In this document: one piece after another, positions 60,735-64,000 of the stretch
How positions within the stretch are numbered: the stretch's first letter is position 1
Layout of the letters: the number at the start of each line of letters is the position of its first letter
Source of the DNA: an uncultured Phycisphaerales bacterium
Lineage (GTDB): Bacteria > Planctomycetota > Phycisphaerae > Tepidisphaerales > Tepidisphaeraceae
Length of the DNA: 64,000 nucleotides
NCBI GenBank assembly: GCA_963755915.1
Contig: CAVWLP010000002.1
Coordinates: 3,136,001 to 3,200,000, forward strand
Direction: 5' to 3'
Notes under the pieces: generated by a model
The model's database searches: none
Seen by the model: the letters and a program-made list of their open reading frames with translations, nothing else
Told to the model about the DNA's origin: nothing
Translations under genes and position numbers: made by a program

Positions 60735-61841
60735 ATGCGGCTCATCATCGATTCCCATCTCGATCTTTCCTGGAATGCCCTCTCCTGGAATCGGGACCTC
60801 ACTCAGCCCATCGCCGCGCTGCGTGCCATCGAGGCCGGAATGACCGACGACGATGCCCGTGGGAACGGAACCGTGACTCTCCCCGAAATGCGCCGCGGCG
60901 GCGCCGCCGTTTGCTGCGGCACCTTGCTCTGCCGTGCCAAATCTCAACCGAAGCCGGTCCGCAAAATCGATCTCGACGTCGCCACGCAGGAGATCGCGTG
61001 TGCCGTCGCCCGCGGCCAGTTGAGCTATTACCGCCTGCTTGCACAGCGGAAGGAGCTGAACTTCATCGAAAATCGGCAGCAATTGGAGGCCCACTGGTCT
61101 GCTTGGTCGGATAACGCTCGTGATGCAAATACCAAATTGCCGATCGGAATCATCCTCGCCATGGAAGGGGCTGACCCTATCGTTTCCCCGTCGCAGACCC
61201 AGCAGTGGTGGGACGACGGGCTCCGCGCCGTCGGCCTGGCCCACTATGGCAAAAGCCATTATGCCGTGGGCACGGGCGACGACGGACCGCTCACTGGCAG
61301 TGGCGTGGAGCTGCTGAAGGAATTCGATCGCCTCGGAATGATTCTCGATGCCACCCATAGCTCCGATTCCAGCTTCTTCCAGGCGATGGATCTCTTCGCC
61401 GGGCCGGTGATGGCCAGCCACAATAATTGCCGCGCGCTCGTTCCCGGCGACCGGCAGTTCTCCGACGAACAGCTCAAGCTGCTCATCCAGCGATCCGCCG
61501 TCATCGGCGTTGCACTCGATGCATGGATGCTAAAACCTGGCTTCGTGATCGGCGAAACTCCCGGCAGCGCGGTTTCCCTCGACGCCGTCGCCGACCACAT
61601 CGATCACATCTGCCAAGTCGCCGGGAGTACGCGTCACGCCGCCATAGGCTCCGATCTCGACGGAGGCTTCGGCACGGAACAATCTCCCGGCGGGCTCGAC
61701 ACCATCGCCGATCTTCAGAAGCTCGACGAAATCCTGGCTCGCCGCGGCTATTCTAACTCCGATATCGATCTCATTTTTCATGGCAATTGGCTTCGCTTTT
61801 TTATGCAGGCCCTGCCCGAAACTGATCGGAACATCTCATGA
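60735..61841 (+). CDS. Membrane-dipeptidase (peptidase M19) family protein
   Basis: IDSHLD, MEGAD, LDATH, ASHNN, HIDHIC, IGSDLDGGFG, GNWLRF. Confidence 0.88.
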   Translation: MRLIIDSHLDLSWNALSWNRDLTQPIAALRAIEAGMTDDDARGNGTVTLPEMRRGGAAVCCGTLLCRAKSQPKPVRKIDLDVATQEIACAVARGQLSYYRLLAQRKELNFIENRQQLEAHWSAWSDNARDANTKLPIGIILAMEGADPIVSPSQTQQWWDDGLRAVGLAHYGKSHYAVGTGDDGPLTGSGVELLKEFDRLGMILDATHSSDSSFFQAMDLFAGPVMASHNNCRALVPGDRQFSDEQLKLLIQRSAVIGVALDAWMLKPGFVIGETPGSAVSLDAVADHIDHICQVAGSTRHAAIGSDLDGGFGTEQSPGGLDTIADLQKLDEILARRGYSNSDIDLIFHGNWLRFFMQALPETDRNIS

Positions 61842-62305
61842 ACCAGCGAGAAAAAAAGCTTGAAGAACTTGGCTACCCTCTCGACAAGCGAACTCCTGAA
61901 GGCGCTCTCGTCGACGCCGTCGCGGTCGTCGGCGATATCGTCTACGCGTCCGGCCAGGTTCCATTCGACGGGTCGGTGCTCGTGAGCAAGGGAAAGGTTC
62001 CCTCCGCGGTAAGCGTACCCGACGCCACCAGGGCTGCCGCCCTTTGCGCCGCCAACGTGCTGCGCACCGTCCGGCATCATGTCGGCTCTCTCGATCGCAT
62101 TCAGCGCATCGTTCGTATCACCGGTTACGTGAATTCCGACGCCGATTTCACGGATGAACACCTGGTGATCAACGGCGCCACACAACTCGTATTGGATGTT
62201 TTCGGGGAAGCCGGGCGCCACGCCCGCACTGCGCTCGGCATGGCCCAGTTGCCGCTTGGCGCCAGTACTGAAGTTGAAATGATCCTCCAACTTGCAAAAC
62301 AATAA
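61838..62305 (+). CDS. RidA/YjgF family protein
   Basis: YASGQVP, ITGYVNS, VINGA, GRHARTALG..QLPLG..TEVE. Confidence 0.9.
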   Translation: MNQREKKLEELGYPLDKRTPEGALVDAVAVVGDIVYASGQVPFDGSVLVSKGKVPSAVSVPDATRAAALCAANVLRTVRHHVGSLDRIQRIVRITGYVNSDADFTDEHLVINGATQLVLDVFGEAGRHARTALGMAQLPLGASTEVEMILQLAKQ

Positions 62306-62314
62306 TCACTCGAA

Positions 62315-63223
62315 TTAGATCCCGATCGCTCGCCGAGGATTTTCGCGAAGCAGCCGTTCGCATTCTTCCGCGGTCAGCTTCAGGTGATTTCGCAGGTTGC
62401 TTTCGCTTTGCTTCATCGTGATCGCCGAGCCAATCAAATGGCTCCCATCCGGCGCGCGCGCCACCATGTCTTTACCAATCAGCAGATTCCATCGGCTGAA
62501 GCTGTATCGCCCCGGCCCCATGCCCGCCGGCGCAATAGCATCCGTCACAACAATCGCACGCTGCGAACCAACCAGATCCAGATAATTCCTCAGCGCGAAA
62601 AACGGCACATGGGCACCGTCGGCAATAAAGCAGATCCACAGCTTTTCGCGCAGTGATAAGGCCCGCTGGACAATATTGTCGTGCCGGTGCATCTGCATCG
62701 GGCACCCGTTTCCCAGGTGTGTGAAAATCGTCAGCCCCGCATCGATCGCTCCGCGCAGTTCGTCGATGGTCGCATTCGTATGCCCCGCTGCCACGCGAAT
62801 TCCCTGCCCCGCGAGGAACGCCGTGGTTTCAAATCCTGCATCGCGCTCCGGCGCCAGCGTCACCAGTTTTACCAGCCCTTTACCTGCCTCTATCAGCGCC
62901 TTCGCCGCGTCAACCGTTGCCCCAATCGCCGCGTCCCGTGGATGCGCACCCACGTACCCCGGCACATCGCTGATAAACGGCCCCTCGACATGAATTCCCG
63001 CAATTATCCGCCGCGCCAGTTCATCGGCCTCCCGCTGCTCGACGATCCGCCTGATCCGGCCGCACATTACATCCAGCTCCTCCGTGATGACGGTCGCCAA
63101 AATTCCTTCGACGCCATCCCGTACCAGTTTCTCACAAGCGCCCCGAAGCTCGCCGGCCGTGATCGCATCGCGATTGAAATCCACGCTGCCATATCCGTTG
63201 ACCTGGAGATCGAAATACTTCAT
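62315..63223 (-). CDS. nagA: N-acetylglucosamine-6-phosphate deacetylase family
   Basis: DLQVNGYG, GIHVEGPFI, GAHP, TLAPE, AAGHT, THLGNG, IADGAHV, VTDA. Confidence 0.8.
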   Translation of the reverse strand: MKYFDLQVNGYGSVDFNRDAITAGELRGACEKLVRDGVEGILATVITEELDVMCGRIRRIVEQREADELARRIIAGIHVEGPFISDVPGYVGAHPRDAAIGATVDAAKALIEAGKGLVKLVTLAPERDAGFETTAFLAGQGIRVAAGHTNATIDELRGAIDAGLTIFTHLGNGCPMQMHRHDNIVQRALSLREKLWICFIADGAHVPFFALRNYLDLVGSQRAIVVTDAIAPAGMGPGRYSFSRWNLLIGKDMVARAPDGSHLIGSAITMKQSESNLRNHLKLTAEECERLLRENPRRAIGI

Positions 63224-63789
63224 ACCGTCTGGTGCTCCTTCGACACATCAGTCGCAATCTCGCTGAGCACTTCCCAAAGATAAGGCGACAATGAATAGTC
63301 GATCCAAATCCGATAGATTCGGCCCCCGTTCTTTTCAAGCGGAATCACCCCGCAGGAAGCACCCGCAATGCGCGTGTAGATAATCCGCTCGGCCGGCTCC
63401 CTGGAAAAATTAACCCCGCACGTCTGCGCCAAAGCGTGATGCACCAGCGGCCCGCTTATTTCAATCGTCAACGCCTGCTGCTCGATTCGATACACTCCCT
63501 CTGTCTGTCGATTCAACGCCTGTTCAAACCTGGGGAACAAAGCATCGTCCGCCTGCGATTCAAAAATAATCTCATCGCCTCCGACGCGCACGAGAACCCC
63601 ATCCTCGCCAACACGCCCAACATCGTACAGCCGCTGTGGCAATTCGATCCGATTTTCCTCAGCCCACCGCAGCAGGTTCGGCCCCTTCATCCCCAGCTTG
63701 GCAAGTTCCATTCGATGCGACAAAACGATTTCCCCACCTCTCGGCCCAGCCGAATTGAGTAAGGAAACAGGACTCTTTCGCATGTTCAT
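63220..63789 (-). CDS. Sarcosine-oxidase gamma-subunit-like protein
   Basis: Follows a GcvT-C-containing gene; KLGMKGP, LAQTCGVNF, YRIWIDYSLSPYLWEVL. Confidence 0.6.
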   Translation of the reverse strand: MNMRKSPVSLLNSAGPRGGEIVLSHRMELAKLGMKGPNLLRWAEENRIELPQRLYDVGRVGEDGVLVRVGGDEIIFESQADDALFPRFEQALNRQTEGVYRIEQQALTIEISGPLVHHALAQTCGVNFSREPAERIIYTRIAGASCGVIPLEKNGGRIYRIWIDYSLSPYLWEVLSEIATDVSKEHQTV

Positions 63790-63804
63790 CGGACGTTCCT
63801 TCGA

Positions 63805-64000
63805 TCAGTTTGCCTGCCGGACATTCTCCGGATCATAAAACGGGAGCTCCACAACGCTTGCTTCGCAATCCGATCCGTCCGTGAGGCGAATTTCAACCTT
63901 TGTTCCTGCCTCCGACTTCCCCGGCTCCAAAAACGCCATCGCAATCGGATACCCAAGCGTCGACCGCGCCGCGATGCTCGTGACTCTCCCCACGATCCGC
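63805..64000 (-). CDS. C-terminus of a GcvT-fold protein (sarcosine-oxidase alpha-like), partial
   Basis: GRVTS..RS.TLG..IAMAF...VVELPFYDPENVRQ. Confidence 0.75.
   Translation of the reverse strand, partial: RIVGRVTSIAARSTLGYPIAMAFLEPGKSEAGTKVEIRLTDGSDCEASVVELPFYDPENVRQAN

Overview
GC-rich bacterial DNA, most likely a Planctomycetota (Phycisphaerae/Tepidisphaerales-like) genome. This is inferred from a prepilin/H-X9-DG (DUF1559-like) protein and dockerin-like PEP-CTERM proteins. No rRNA, tRNA or CRISPR array is visible. The window is an accessory carbohydrate/amino-compound island with four parts. (1) A rearranged left end with truncated genes and a complete IS4-family element. (2) A LacI-controlled module: DUF455-like diiron protein, CBM9-like protein and TPR-GT41. 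(3) A ~27 kb regulon marked by five copies of a 20-bp operator (ATTGTCGACARYRATATATT), probably bound by the adjacent GntR. It holds a pilin-like protein, five modular PEP-CTERM surface proteins, several glycoside-hydrolase-like proteins (one GH138-like), paired beta-propeller enzymes and sugar-acid enzymes. (4) A second GntR cluster that looks like catabolism of an N-substituted amino sugar or amino sugar acid. Four SPINDLY/OGT-like TPR-GT41 glycosyltransferases sit at the 3' ends of catabolic operons. About 11 frameshifts, mostly collapses of (GC)n runs, probably reflect long-read consensus errors. All family calls are by-eye motif recognition; no database search was run.
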